64,000 nucleotides of DNA, from the NCBI RefSeq assembly GCF_902459465.1, contig NC_047071.1:4774001-4838000 (forward strand), given 5' to 3'. Shown here one piece after another: positions 1-12,219 of this stretch. The position numbers were made by a program, and so were the translations under genes. The notes beneath the pieces are model-generated. The model searched no databases. It was not told the DNA's origin and saw only the letters and a program-made list of their open reading frames with translations. The DNA comes from Asterias rubens (Eukaryota). Positions within the stretch are counted from its first letter, which is position 1. Each line of letters opens with the position of its first letter.

Positions 1-343
1 TACTGTAGTATGGACTGAATAAGTTGTGAAACGGAGTGCCATTTGCATTTCATGTTCAATTGTTTACTTTAAATATGTTAGTCATTTCTATTTTACACTG
101 ATGATCAACACAGTTAATAAGATAAAGAAATACATGCATGAAAACATTGAAGACAAAGCACTCTCTCAGGAAACAGTGAAAGGATTGTACTTTCCCACCG
201 ATCAAACTAAATAAATCTCACCTGTTTGATGATTTATGACAACTGTTTGTTTGTATAACTACAGAGGGCGCCCTTACAAAATATAGCTCCCTCTATTGAA
301 AGAAAAGACTGTAATGAAATTAATAATACGAGTTCTACTTTAC

Positions 344-3300
344 CTGTTATTTGTGCCGATCTAAGTGGGGCCCAGAAAATTGTATAAGACTGGACTACCG
401 TCGCGCTAAAGTAAGAAAAGCAAACCAAGGTTGGGAATAGAAAGAATCAAGCAAAGCTGAACAAAAAATGTACATAAAAATGCCAAAGCATAAAATGCCA
501 CCGAAATTGTTCTCACAAAGTTTTGAACAATTCAATTTTTGTCTTCTTTCAAATAATGATTAGGCCTAAATGGTTACAACGAAAGAACCAAAAGATACCC
601 CCACGTGAAAGATATTGATGTTATACAAGGGTGGGCTCAATTTTGAAAGCATTTTTATAACCAATTTTAATAACCAATTCCAATACAAATCTGTACAAAG
701 TGAAGGCCTACTCACAAAACAATGTTTCCATTTTGGGTTTGGCTAAAGTCATAAAAGTGTGTTTTCAAATAACTCGTTTTTGCTTAACATCTCTGGGTTT
801 ACGTTAACTTCTGATGAGCTCATAGCTAAAAAATAACATACTTACTAAAATTCCACTGTTCCTGTATTGGTGTTAGGGGCCTGCCATGTAAATGTTAGCG
901 ATGTCTTAGACCGTGTGTTTAAATGAGTTGCTGTATCTCCAGCAACCTGACAAGTCGTGACTCTTGTGTTTGCCGGTAGGCCAACCCACGTTCCGTACGG
1001 TGCAGTCTGTCCAACACGACGGGCTTGAAGAAGAAAACCTTTGAAAACTTGGGATCCAGACGCCCTCAAGGTTACTTTGAATTGAGAAATAACGATTTGA
1101 AACAAAGGAGAAGGGGAAAAAATATATAATACCATGGTCAGTAAGTACTCATGTGCAACCGCAATATTTCACCAAAGGAATTATATTTCAGTTTATCCAG
1201 AGCTTTCAATCACATTCAATTTTTCAGAAGACGACCCAAAAATCAGCTTATAATGTATAACTATTCTTTGGTCAATAACTTTCCTTCAGAGGTTTTAAAG
1301 TTCTCTGGATTTATTAGAAAGGCAAGAGGGCTTCAATGTTGAAAGGTAAATCTGATGAACGTAAAGAAGACAAGTAATGCCTAAAGTTGTCCGTGTGTTG
1401 TATGAACACAAATAAATCTCAAATTATTGAAATTATCACCACATTTTAATCTCAAAGTCAATATTTTATAAGGGGACGATGGTGGCACCCGGGGTACGGA
1501 CATGGGTGGGAGGGGGGGGGCATATCATGCCTCCGACCCGCCCCCGCCTACAATATAGAGGCCCTCCCTCTTTGCAAAATGGTTGATATCCAACAATAAC
1601 TATCAAACAATGTTGATTTAATTTCATTTTCTCAATATTAAATAGCGTGCAGCCCTGCATCATGTACAAAATCTATACACGTCGTCATTGATAATCTAAT
1701 CAATAATTTCTCATTATTACTATGCGCGTTCAATTGTTTGTTGCATCGTGGAAACCATGAGTTCTAAGGGTTTGTCAACATTGTCAATGCCAACAGATTG
1801 TAATTCAAACAAAGAAATTCCAGTTATTGTTTGACATGAGGCAGATTGAAGGCCTTTATAGATGCGGCAAATGTTGGGATTGTTTTTTAAAGGAACACGT
1901 TGCCTTGGATCGGTCGAGTTGGTCTTTGAAAAGCGTTTGTAACCGTTTGTTATAAAATGCATATGGTTAGAGAGAGATGTTGTAAAAGTAGAATAAAATG
2001 GTCCACACAAATATGCCGCGTAATTGCGTGGTGTTCCTTTTACTTTGCGAACTAATACGGTCGGCCATTTATCGGAGTCAAAAATGTGTTCCCATAAATG
2101 GCCGACCGTGTTAGTTGACGAGGTTAAAGGAAAACCACGCAATTTCGAGTGATACTTGTGTGGATCATTATATTCTACTTTTAAAATATCTTTCTAATCA
2201 TATACATTTTATAACAAACGGTTACAAACGCTTTTCAAAGACCAACTCGACCGATCCAAGGCAACGTGTTCCTTTAATAACACCAGACACGTTTGGTAAT
2301 GTCAAAGACCAGTATTATCACTTGCGGCGTGTCCCAACTGAATAAAATAACAAATCAGTGAACATTTTGACTCAATTGGTCATCGAAGTTGCAAGAAAAT
2401 AATGAAAGAAAGAAAAAATATTGTTGCACAAATTTGTGTACTTTCAGATTCCTAAAAATGCTTCAAGCTTGAAGTCTTGTATTATGTGAGTGAGAAATTA
2501 CCTCTCTCATAAAACAATAGTGTCCAGTGCCTTTAAGCCCAAATACAGCCAGTCGGATTACCCGTGGAAATAGAGCAATATATATGATTAGCCTTCATCT
2601 TTTGTTTTTGTCCCCAACGAAAATAATCTCGTGTCTGCTTTTAATAATGTGTGTCATTTGAAAAGTATTAATTATTATCCTCTAGTTTTCAATCAACACA
2701 ATAAAGTCAGAATTAAGAGCTTCGATCGTTCGAGTTGGTTGGTAATGCACAGTCGATGCCTGTTGGGGCTTGGCCCGTAAATAATAATTTGCGTAGGGGA
2801 AAATGTAAAAAAAAGTGTTTTTTTTTTATAAACTGAAATGAAAATGTTTTGGGGACACCAAACACATTACCCTATGTTTCAACATTCTTTTCTAACATTA
2901 CGCTATGTTTCAACATTCTTTTCTAACGTTTGTAAAACTAGGGGTGACCATGTATACCATCATCCTGCAATAATATGCACACACACACAAAAAAAACACA
3001 ATTTATTTACAAGTTCGGAAACATTTCAGTTATTTTAAACGTAAAGCTTTTGTGTTTGTTCGACTCGTTTCTCACTGGTACTAGATACTCACTCATGAAA
3101 CATTGCCGTGTATCTGAATAAATTAGTTGAAACCTCACCTGTTACGGTACCTCCAGGCCCGATCTGAGTCCCTCCAACCACTTGAAGTATGTATGGGTTT
3201 GTTGTTGGCATGGGTTGGGTAGAATCATGCTGTGGTAGGAGGGTTGTGCAGGCTTCAGTCGGTGCTCCAGTAGACCGCCCATTACACGGCGAGAAGACTA

Positions 3301-3358
3301 GCAAGAAAATCAGTAATATCGTCAACAACAAATTCGATATCTTTACTTTGAAGTTCAT
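344..3358 (-). CDS. Secreted Reeler-domain protein (defense-protein/FRRS1-type N-terminus); 3 exons seen, 3' end unresolved
   Basis: Exons 3358-3139 (MNFKVKISNLLLTILLIFLLVFSPCNG signal peptide, GAP..AC..LLPQH), 1074-846 (VTLR..FKGFLLQAR..GTW..C..ATH..K....FTWQAP..GTVEF) and 405-344 (YATVVQSYTIFW). GT-AG sites and phases (1,2,1) are consistent. The motifs match the Reeler domain as I recall it. Confidence 0.88.
1891..2273. mobile_element. Non-autonomous DNA transposon, TTAA TSD, about 70-bp TIRs (Kolobok-like, family D)
   Basis: TTAA|AGGAACACGTTGCCTTGGATCGGTCGAGTTGGTC...GACCAACTCGACCGATCCAAGGCAACGTGTTCCT|TTAA. Confidence 0.85.
2278..2532. mobile_element. Degenerate family-A-like MITE
   Basis: It abuts family D at the shared TTAA and ends CAATAGTGTCCAGTGCCT|TTAA. 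Internal similarity to family A. Confidence 0.6.
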
Positions 3359-3799
3359 AATTTCCTTCGGATTTAGAGTCCACCAAATTATAAGAAATGT
3401 GTGGACACTAAGGCGGCGATGATACCTCAAATGTATGTGTGCGCACTACTGACGTGATGTGAACCAAATACATTGGGTGTGTCTGCCTCAATAAATGCAC
3501 AGTGTCCAGAAGTGTGAAATTATTGAGCGGTTTCATTCGCGCTTGTTTTATTGCATTAAAAGTCCTTCAGATTATTGCGGTGATGCACGTTTAGTTTGCA
3601 ATAATGTGGATGTAACAGGTTTCATCTAGTTTCTATACCCTCACGATTGTGATGTGAATGGTTCTGCTTTTATCCAGTCTGAGTTCTACCTTCTACCTGA
3701 GTTTAACCTTGTCCAGTCTGAGTTTTGTAAAAAATATGAGAATGGTAGGCCTACTGGTCGTATCCAATTTGAGTCCATATAAATCGTTACTAACTTAGC

Positions 3800-3925
3800 T
3801 TTTCTGCTGAAGACGAACATAGTTCTGTTCGAAACGTCGATACCAAAGCGGCTCTTCAGAGCCAACACTCCCTCAAAAGAGAATTATGCTGTACCCGCAA
3901 GTTTACTGTTATTTTATAGTTTATT
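3800..3925 (+). mobile_element. Penelope-like terminal-repeat fragment with a minimal hammerhead motif
   Basis: CTGAAGA-c-GAACA(tagttc)TGTTC-GAAACGTC followed by CAGAGCCAACAC...GTACCCGCAAGTTTACT, shared with 29990-30120. Confidence 0.55.
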
Positions 3926-4798
3926 CTCAATAACAAGCTGGTTTGACCACTTAGTATACTTGTTTGACCACTTCGGATGACCTGCTATAATACACGCAAA
4001 AGTTTTACGGCAGCCATTTTTTTTTAACGCCAGGAAAAATAGATTGTCCTCCATTTTTGTGACACGCGAACGGCTGACGTTTTAACCCACCCATAATTTC
4101 CATTAATGTGATTTTCTTTATTCGTTTTTAAAGTCGAACAGTTTTATTTTTTGAATGATGATGAAAATCCGAGGTTAATCCCATCCCATCAAAACTTGGC
4201 CGGGGTGATGCGAATAAATTATGGCCTATACTCATTGATTCATTTCGTAAATAGGGCAGAACTGTTATTACAACTTCCAAACAATATAAATCTAACAATG
4301 ACAATCTGAACAATAACAATGTGTTGATTAAAAAAATTGTCCGAGATTTAATTGGGATGTTGTGCTGGAGCAGCTGGCTCGTTTAGTGGGGAGAGGCGAG
4401 GCCAAACGCCCCACAAATCAATAGCGACTGAAAGGTGTCGCCGTACTCTAATACAACATTGGAAACAATTCCTGTAATCATCAATACATAGTTTTATTTT
4501 ATTAGTAGAATTTTTTTAAACGAAAAGTGTCTTTGTTGGGGGTGTGGTTTCAATATTTTGTAATGATTTTAGGATTCATCGTTGTTGTACTATTGACTAA
4601 ATCTACAGGCATTATTATTTGTCTCCAGCCCATATGGGTGTGTTTTCTTCAAAGAACAGTAGGGCCCTATATTCCATAAAGCCGTTTACCACAAAAGGTA
4701 GCTATAAGCACAACAAAGTTCTTACCAGAATAAGGTTACAGCCAAACTACCATGCCACATGTACACGCATCCTGCTCTTTTTAGCAGAAAATTGTTAA

Positions 4799-4978
4799 AG
4801 CCACTCTTTCGGTAAACAGTATTGTCCAAGTCCCGTACACTTCGTGTATCACAATTTCTATGTTTTCTCAAAAAGTAAAGCATTTCATGGAATAATATTT
4901 CAAGAGAAGTCTTTCACCATTACCTTCTGTAAACCCTGTAAGTTATTTGTAAATCTGCACCGAAAGTTTCCAATGGCT
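4799..4978. mobile_element. Internally deleted family-B MITE (TTAA TSD)
   Basis: TTAA|AGCCACTCTTTCGGTA...ACCGAAAGTTTCCAATGGCT|TTAA; internal sequence is shared with 7838-8207 and 48006-48371. Confidence 0.8.
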
Positions 4979-5000
4979 TTAAGCAGGGTGGTTTGCTTAA

Positions 5001-5342
5001 AGACACGGGACACTATTGGTAATTGTTTTAAAAAGACTAGTCTTCTCACTCAGTGTATCTCAACGCATAAAATAACAAACCTGTGAAAATTTGAGCTCAA
5101 TATTGGTCGTCGAAGTTGTCACGCCCTTGTGACACGAAGTTGTGTGCTTTCAGATGCTTGATTTCGAGACCTCTTAAATTCGTGGAAAATTACTTCTTTC
5201 TCGAAAACTACGTTACTTCAGAGGGAGCCATTTTTTTTTCACAACGTTTTATTTGTCTATCAACCTCTCCCCATTACTCGTTACCAAGTAAGGTTTTATG
5301 CTAATAATTATTTTGAGTAATTACCAATAGTGTCCACTGCCT
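5001..5342. mobile_element. Family-A MITE (TTAA TSD, AG..CT ends, Kolobok-like)
   Basis: TIR of the GGACACTATTGGTAATT / AATTACCAATAGTGTCC type; TTAA at both ends. Confidence 0.85.
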
Positions 5343-6149
5343 TTAAGCAGCGGAATAAAATTTGGGCTGGGTAAGAGCCTTTTTTTTTATAGAGCTGCTA
5401 AAGCAGCAAAACTTGCTTAACATTTTTCTGATAAGCAAACCCAAACAGCTGGTTACCAGTTACATTATTTTGGTACATTTATGATGGCATTTTAGCTGGG
5501 GACCCTTTTCTTGTAAGCATAATTTATTTGTGATTAACATTAATGCTTAGACAGCTCTACGAAAATGTGCACAGGTGTGGCGGTATATTGTCTTTTAGGG
5601 TGTATTAGGTCTTTTACTCATCCCAAAATCAATATCCCACGACTACTTTGGGGATGATTGACGATGGGGTCTGAGATGACTCGCGTCGTTCATTGGTTAC
5701 CCCCCCCCCTCCCCAAGAAAAAGCTGGCACCAATATTTTGTCATAATCAAGAGTATGAAGCTAATGTAAATACATGTTGTAAATTTATGTCAAATTTTTT
5801 TTACGAGAAGAATTAAATTATCTAGATTTGATCACATAATCGAACCGCTCCTCTTTGAGTCGAGTCGGTTGACAGAATGGCATATAGGGCCGGCTAAGTA
5901 TTAATAAGAACTTTGTGAGAACCAGGTCAATCTTGCTAATACTATAATGCCCGTCAAGGAAATATTACCGCTCATGGAAATAAAGCCTATTGCTGGCACT
6001 TAATATAAATTGAATTAGAGTGTTTTATTCTTTCTCTTAGAGAAATTCATCTCTCAACCCGCTTGACGCCTCCGAACTCCCCTCTCATTCTTCTGCCGCC
6101 AGTAATTTTTAGAAGAGCTACATAGCGCCACCAACGACGCGTAGTTAGA

Positions 6150-6175
6150 TCAGTAACCAAGATGGCGGCCGCCAT
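6150..6175 (+). promoter_or_regulatory. YY1-like motif overlapping the MTHFS start codon
   Basis: The sequence AAGATGGCGGC at 6159-6169 contains the ATG. This is a common arrangement at housekeeping-gene starts. Confidence 0.4.
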
Positions 6176-9100
6176 ACGTGAAGCAAAAGGTCTGCTTCGT
6201 CGTGAAATTAAACAACGGTTAGCTTCATTGTCAAGCGAAGAAAAGAAACGGCAATCGGATTTCATTACACAGAAGGTAATAGTTATTAAGAATAGGTTCG
6301 TTTAAAATACTATGAAGTCCAAATTCAAAGTATACAACGATTAATTTTATGCCGTTTGCAGACGACTCGCTCGCAGTCGCGCAGTGATAGTTACGATAGC
6401 CATAGAGTAAGGACAAACCCCCTCCCGACGGCCGCCAGGCCGGAGGGTTACGAAGCTCCCGCAATGTGTGCAGGGCGAAATGGTTAAAAACATACAATTT
6501 CGACAGCTAGTCAGCAGATTTGCTCCATTTTTAACACTTTGAAAATCATGACCTTCAAATGTCTAATGAATCCTACCATATCACTCAAAACACCATTAAG
6601 GAAATAGTTTGAAGAAAAATGACAAAAACTTACCAAATCCCCGAGCGAAAGAGTAAAAAATGTCCCAGGTTGAAAATTCGAAAATTCGTAACCCTCCGGC
6701 CTGTGCAGCCGTCGGGAGGAGGGTTACGTTATCGCAACTATCGCAGTGACTGATGAGTGATGTGTGATATTGACAATACCACATGGGAAAAGTTTCCGTA
6801 TGGTGCCATCACTTTTTCATTCGATATGAAATAATATAGTATCTAATTTACCTCAATGAATGAGATGTCCTCTTTTCTTTGTAAAAATAATTGAAAAAGT
6901 GGTGGCGCCATAGTCGCACCCATACGGAAAGTTATCAATTTATTTCTATAATCCTATATGATATGATTATGAATGAATTCATCAAAAATATAAATAAAAC
7001 CAGGTAATGAACAGGTGTTGTCATGGTTGTGTATACAGGCGTCCAACTCCAAGCCAAGCCTGGCGTGCGAATTGTGGTAAAGACAGCAGTAAGATTTGAA
7101 TTTAAGTGTTACATTTCTGAAAAATTGTATTCTAAAATCAGCCCGTTCCTTACAGACACTGGACACTATTGGTAATTGTCAAAGACGAATCTTCTCAACA
7201 TATGCACAAACAACAAACCTGTGAAAAATTATTGAGCTCAATTGGTTGTCAAAGTTGCGAGATAATAATGGAAGAAAAAACACCCTTGTCACACGAAGTT
7301 GTGTGCGTTTAGATGGTTGATTTTGAGACCTCAAATTCTAAATCTGATCTGAGGTCTCGAAGTCAAATTCGTGGAAAATTACTTTGTTCTTGAAAAAACT
7401 ACGTCACTTCAGAGGGAGCCGTTTCTCACAATGTTTTATACCATCAACCTCTCCCCATTACTCATTACCAAGTGAGGTTTATGCTAGTAATTATTTTGAG
7501 TAATTACCAATAGTGTCCACTGCCTTTAAGACTGAGTGTACAATGTATATTTCATCCCTAGGTTATTTCACATCCAGTATATCAACAAAGCCAACGTATC
7601 TCGGTCTACCTCAGCACCTCAGATGAAGTAAACACAGAGGGTCTTCTAGAACACATGTTTGCAAACAATAAGAAATGTTTCGTTCCTCAATACATTGGGC
7701 CTAGGATGGACATGCTGAAGCTTCACTCCATGGATGATTATGCCACGTTGCCGTTGACCAAGTGGAAGATAAAGCAACCAGGGGAGGGGGAGGATAGAGA
7801 AGATGCTCTGTCTACAGGTTGGATTAAGTTTCTTTAAAGCCATTGGACACTTTCGGTACAGAAAAAAAATAAAAAAATGTTCACAGATTTACAAATAATT
7901 TACAGGGTTTACAGAAGGTAATGGTGAAAGACATCTCTTGAAATATTATTCCATGAAATGCTTTACTTTTTGAGAAAACGTTCAAACAATTTAAATTCTC
8001 GATGGCAAGAATTACGGATTTATTTTAAACACATGTCATGACACGGCGAAACGTGCGGAAACCAAGGGTGGGTTTTCCCGTTATTTTCTCCCGACTCCGA
8101 TGACCGATTGAGCCTAAATTTTCACAGGTTTGTTATTTTATATATAAGTTGTGATACACGAAGTGTGGGATTTGGACAATACTGTTTACCGAAAGTGTCC
8201 AATGGCTTTAATTCCAAAATTTGATTCCAAGTAATACCCAAAGAATACTCTGGTACCAAAACGAGAAGGGAGTAAAGACCAAAGGCAAGGGAAGCTTTGA
8301 GCTGTTTAATGGACACTATTAAATTCAAGTTTAAAGTTTAGTGAATGTATTGAACCGCAACACCTACAGGATGGGGTTTGGCTTTAAGTGGAATATTTCC
8401 TCACTTTCCACCAACCTCTATACATTTTAAATAGGGTCCCAGTTCAAACCAGGGCACTGTGTGGATTGAGTTTTCAGTTCCCACTTGCATGATTGTGTGG
8501 GTTTTCCCTGGAATAATTCTCTGGAGTTTTTACCCCACATCTCAAACTGAAACTTTCTTACTGGTCTTAATAATATCAAAATCTTATACAGCGCACGTAT
8601 CTACCAAACAAGGTACTCAAGGCGATGAGTATACATGTACAAACTTCCAGAAAGATAGGTTATTACAGTGATGAATTCTGAGACCCAATTATGTAGCACT
8701 TTTTATTAGGGTTTACAAGGTGCTGCGGCGCATTAAGCAGCCACAACCAGGAACACCGGGGCGAACCCCTTCTCTTTGGGTGCACTGGGTTCTTTTACAT
8801 GCGTTACAAACCACATGGGACCAACGGCTTTGCGTCCCATCCAAAGGCAAGGCAATGGTAAAGTGTCTTGCTTAAGGACACAAGTGTCACGGCTGGGGAT
8901 TCAAACCCACACTCTGCTGATCAGAAACACCACAGTTTGGATTCGGTGCTCTTAACCGCTCGGCCACGACACTTCTCTCCATTTGGTTCTTGGCTAGTAC
9001 AGTTATTAATTTTGCTTTTCTGAGAGTACTTGGCTTCACAACCAAAATTAATAAATGAAATGAAAAACATTCCATCAACATAAATAATATTCCTTCTTGT

Positions 9101-9354
9101 ATTGTTTGTTTTGTTTGTTTGAATTAGGAGGGCTTGATCTGATCATAGTTCCAGGTCTCGGTTTTACTCATAACGGAGACAGACTTGGGAAAGGCAGAGG
9201 ATATTATGACAAGTACCAGGAACGTTGTGCACAGCATCCTATCGGTAAGCCTAAAACAATCGCATTGGCATTCAAAGAGCAGATATGTGGCAGTGTACCG
9301 GTGACAGACGAGGATGTGCAAATTGACTTTGTTGTCTTTGGAGATATGGAATAA
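6162..9354 (+). CDS. MTHFS: 5-formyltetrahydrofolate cyclo-ligase (methenyltetrahydrofolate synthetase), 198 aa
   Basis: Exons 6162-6275, 7562-7817 and 9128-9354 total 597 nt with phases 0 and 1. Motifs: [48 protein letters not shown]...[21 protein letters not shown]...VPV...D..ID.V. Confidence 0.96.
6374..6752. mobile_element. MITE with long imperfect TIRs (CAGTC...GACTG) in MTHFS intron 1
   Basis: CCCTCCCGACGGC..AGGCCGGAGGGTTACGAA is mirrored by TTCGTAACCCTCCGGCCT..GCCGTCGGGAGG. No TSD recognised. Confidence 0.65.
6786..6935. mobile_element. Short MITE-like inverted repeat
   Basis: TTTCCGTATGGTGCCATCACTTTTTCA ... TGAAAAAGTGGTGGCGCCAT..CACCATACGGAAA. Confidence 0.6.
7154..7525. mobile_element. 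Family-A MITE in MTHFS intron 1
   Basis: Family-A TIRs; right TTAA at 7526-7529; ends 36 nt before exon 2. Confidence 0.85.
7838..8207. mobile_element. Full-length family-B MITE in MTHFS intron 2
   Basis: TTAA|AGCCATTGGACACTTTCGGTA...TACCGAAAGTGTCCAATGGCT|TTAA; starts 20 nt after the exon 2 donor. Confidence 0.9.
8568..8972 (-). mobile_element. tRNA-derived SINE in MTHFS intron 2
   Basis: On the minus strand: A box GTGGCCGAGCGG, B box GGTTTGAATCC, then GACACTTGTGTCCTTAAGCAAGACACTT (shared with the 42538 copy) and a LINE-like tail ending GCGCTGTATAAGATTTTGATATTATTA. Confidence 0.75.
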
Positions 9355-9366
9355 TATACAAACATA

Positions 9367-9469
9367 TAACATGGTTTGAGGGTGACTAGTCGATATTAGC
9401 TCCCCAAGGTATTGGAAGCCAAATACTGAGGGGAGCTCATCGACTAGTCACCCGAAACAAACCATGTTA
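9367..9469. repeat. About 100-bp imperfect palindrome (hairpin) just 3' of the MTHFS stop
   Basis: TAACATGGTTTG.GGGTGACTAGTCGAT..AGCTCCCC ... GGGGAGCT.ATCGACTAGTCACCC....CAAACCATGTTA. Confidence 0.85.
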
Positions 9470-9478
9470 CATTTGTTT

Positions 9479-9845
9479 GACTATACTTCTTACATATGCA
9501 GTTACCGGAACATGAGTTTTGAGCAAGAGAAAATGATGACTGTGAAACAAAATTTTGTTCATGTGTTGGATGTCGCTAAGAGAGCGCTGTTCGTGCGTGT
9601 ATACAAAACTTACAGTACCACGATCGTACATCGCATGACCAGTAGAACAGCACCCAGGGATGACGTCGCACAATGGTTGTGCGCATGACAAGTTGGATAG
9701 CTCCCGGGTCATGCGCATTTACCACTTGCGCGCGAGAATACTCACGTGCGCGCTTGGTAATTAACAAAATTAACACCTGGCGCGTGGTGACGAATGGACC
9801 AATGAGAACTCGACTCTCGGTCATGAATATGTATGAGGTATAGTG
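9479..9845. mobile_element. MITE with about 27-bp imperfect TIRs (CACTATAC-type end)
   Basis: Left end CTATACTTCTTACATATGCAGTTACCG; right end reverse complement CTATACCTCATACATATTCATGACCG. Confidence 0.6.
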
Positions 9846-11421
9846 ATACTGTATAGGGACTTTTGGAGCTGAAGAAGTGGTTGTAGTTTGAATCTTGAGG
9901 TCATTTGATTAACTAAATGCCGACTTCTTTGCAAATTCGTGTAATTTTAATATAGTATTCAAAGTACTATTTTTATGGAGGGCAGACATATTTTAGTTAC
10001 AGCGGAAATCTGTTTGAGAGGGCAAGGCCACTTTCATTTTGCAAAAAGCGAAAGTGGGCTTAAAATTAGTTCCATGGACGAACATTTTAAAACACAAAGT
10101 AAGTTTTAAAATGGGTTTTTATAGCTGGTATATGTATAGGTATGTGACCTTTTGGATATTGGGAGGGAGCTCTACTATACAGACTTTTTATCTTTAACCA
10201 AATCTACTATAATCTGCAACTAAACTTGGTTGATTTGGACTGGCTCTTTGAGTTTAAATATAAAATGCTTCTCATTAATTATTAGTTTTATTTTGATAGA
10301 TTATTGATTGCCTAATTGAGATCCTTATTTTTTATATAAAATATTTTTAAAATTCACCAAGGATTCAAACAAAATGTTGCCATGTATAATTTATAACAAA
10401 TATGTTTTATTTCCTTTACAAATTTCATAAGTAACCATTGTACAGACCACTAACAATAAAAATATTAAATTGTACAATGACTTAAAATAGAAACTTAAAC
10501 AATCATGTTTTAATATGTTTGATATTTTAAGGAGAGTAATAAAAAGCAATATCCATTATTTTATTCTAGTTTTTTGATATCGCTTCCTGGATCACTAGAA
10601 ACTTGATCTGCCAATCAAGTTTTTTATCTTTATAAATGTACAGATGTAAAAAAAACCATGCCACACAATATTATTATAAAACATCTTTGACAACTTTCTC
10701 AGGGGCCTGCCCTGCCCATTCTTGACTTGCATTTATAAACACGAGTATAGATTGCATGAATATATTCCAGTTATTAACAAACACTATCTTTTTAATACAT
10801 TGCGTTCATTTTTCTTTCGAATGAAGACATTTTTTGTTGAGGATTGATACTAGTAGAAACTTGATAATCAGTGAACTGTCAGATTGAAATCTTCTCAATT
10901 TGTTGTTGTTGTTATTATTGGTTTTTTTTTTACACTAGCATTGTACTTCGTCTCTCAGGGGAAGAGTACAATTGAATTATAAAATATTTGTAGTATAATC
11001 AGTTACTGATATATTTTTCTTTTCCATTCTTACTTGTTCATCTGATGTTTTGTTTGCAGCCTCAAATTCGCCGAGCTTTTTGGCACTCTTAATGCCGAGT
11101 ACTCAGTCTATCCATAACACATTTCCATATATTTTTTACATTTACAAGAAAATAATAAATTTAAACAATTTCTTTTTTACACATAAACTTTAAATTGTTT
11201 CAGCCGCTGGTAAAAAATGTGTGGTTTTCTTTGCACATTATTACAATATACATGTATCTTGGCAACAAAATAGACATAACATTTAACTTGCAATAGTTGA
11301 ATGTTATAAATTATATGTTTAGGCCACGAGAGTTCAACCATAGCATTAATAACCACCATCTTGAAATACAATGCCAATTATGAAAAAAATCTAATAACCT
11401 AGATACCAAAAGTCACTTTAA

Positions 11422-11793
11422 AGGCAGTGGACACTATTGGTAATTACTCAAAATAATTATCATCATAAAACCTCACTTGGAAATGAGTAATGGGGAGAGG
11501 TTGATAGTATAAAACAATGTGAGAAATGGCTCCCTCTGAAGTGACGTATTTTTCGAGAAAGAAGTAATTTTCCACGAATTTGATTTAGAGACCTCAAGTT
11601 TAGAATTTGAGGTCTCGTAATCAGAAAGCACAGACCTTCGTGTGACAAGGGTGTTTTTTTCTTTCATTAATATCTCGCAACTTCGATGACTGATTGAGCT
11701 CAAATTTTCACAGGTTTGTTATTTTATGCATATGTTTAGATACACCAACTGTGAAGACTAGTCTTTGACAATTACCAATAGTGTCCACTGGCT
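11422..11793. mobile_element. Family-A MITE
   Basis: TTAA|AGGCAGTGGACACTATTGG...CCAATAGTGTCCACTGGCT|TTAA. Confidence 0.9.
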
Positions 11794-11965
11794 TTAAGTA
11801 TTTTTTCTGAAATTTTACAAAACATTATACACAGATAGACTTTATATAAAAAAAGTGAGAAACAAGAATATAAAACACTACAGCAGACATTACTCTCATG
11901 TTGAATGACACACATATTTTAAGAATGTATAGCATATAAAGGGCAAACAAAATTACAATGTTCAA

Positions 11966-12219
11966 CAGGGCCCAATATCATGGCTCTGCTTACCGTAAGC
12001 ACAGAATCGGCGCTTACGGAAGCAGGGAATTCTGTGCTTACGGCAAGCGTGTTTCACGGGTTAGCGGCGAATTTGGGCTTCTGCGCGTGCGTACTCCATG
12101 TTACTAGGCATTCTACGCTTACAAGGCTAGCGCAGAAATTTGGCGCTTGCACGTAAGCGGGGAATCGCGATCGTAAGCGCAGAATTCGGCGGTAAGCAGA
12201 GCCATGAAATTGGGCCCTG
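11966..12219. mobile_element. MITE with CAGGGCCCAAT(A/T)TCATGGCTCTGC TIRs (family H)
   Basis: TIRs at both ends; an inverted-orientation copy lies at 62260-62513. Confidence 0.85.
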
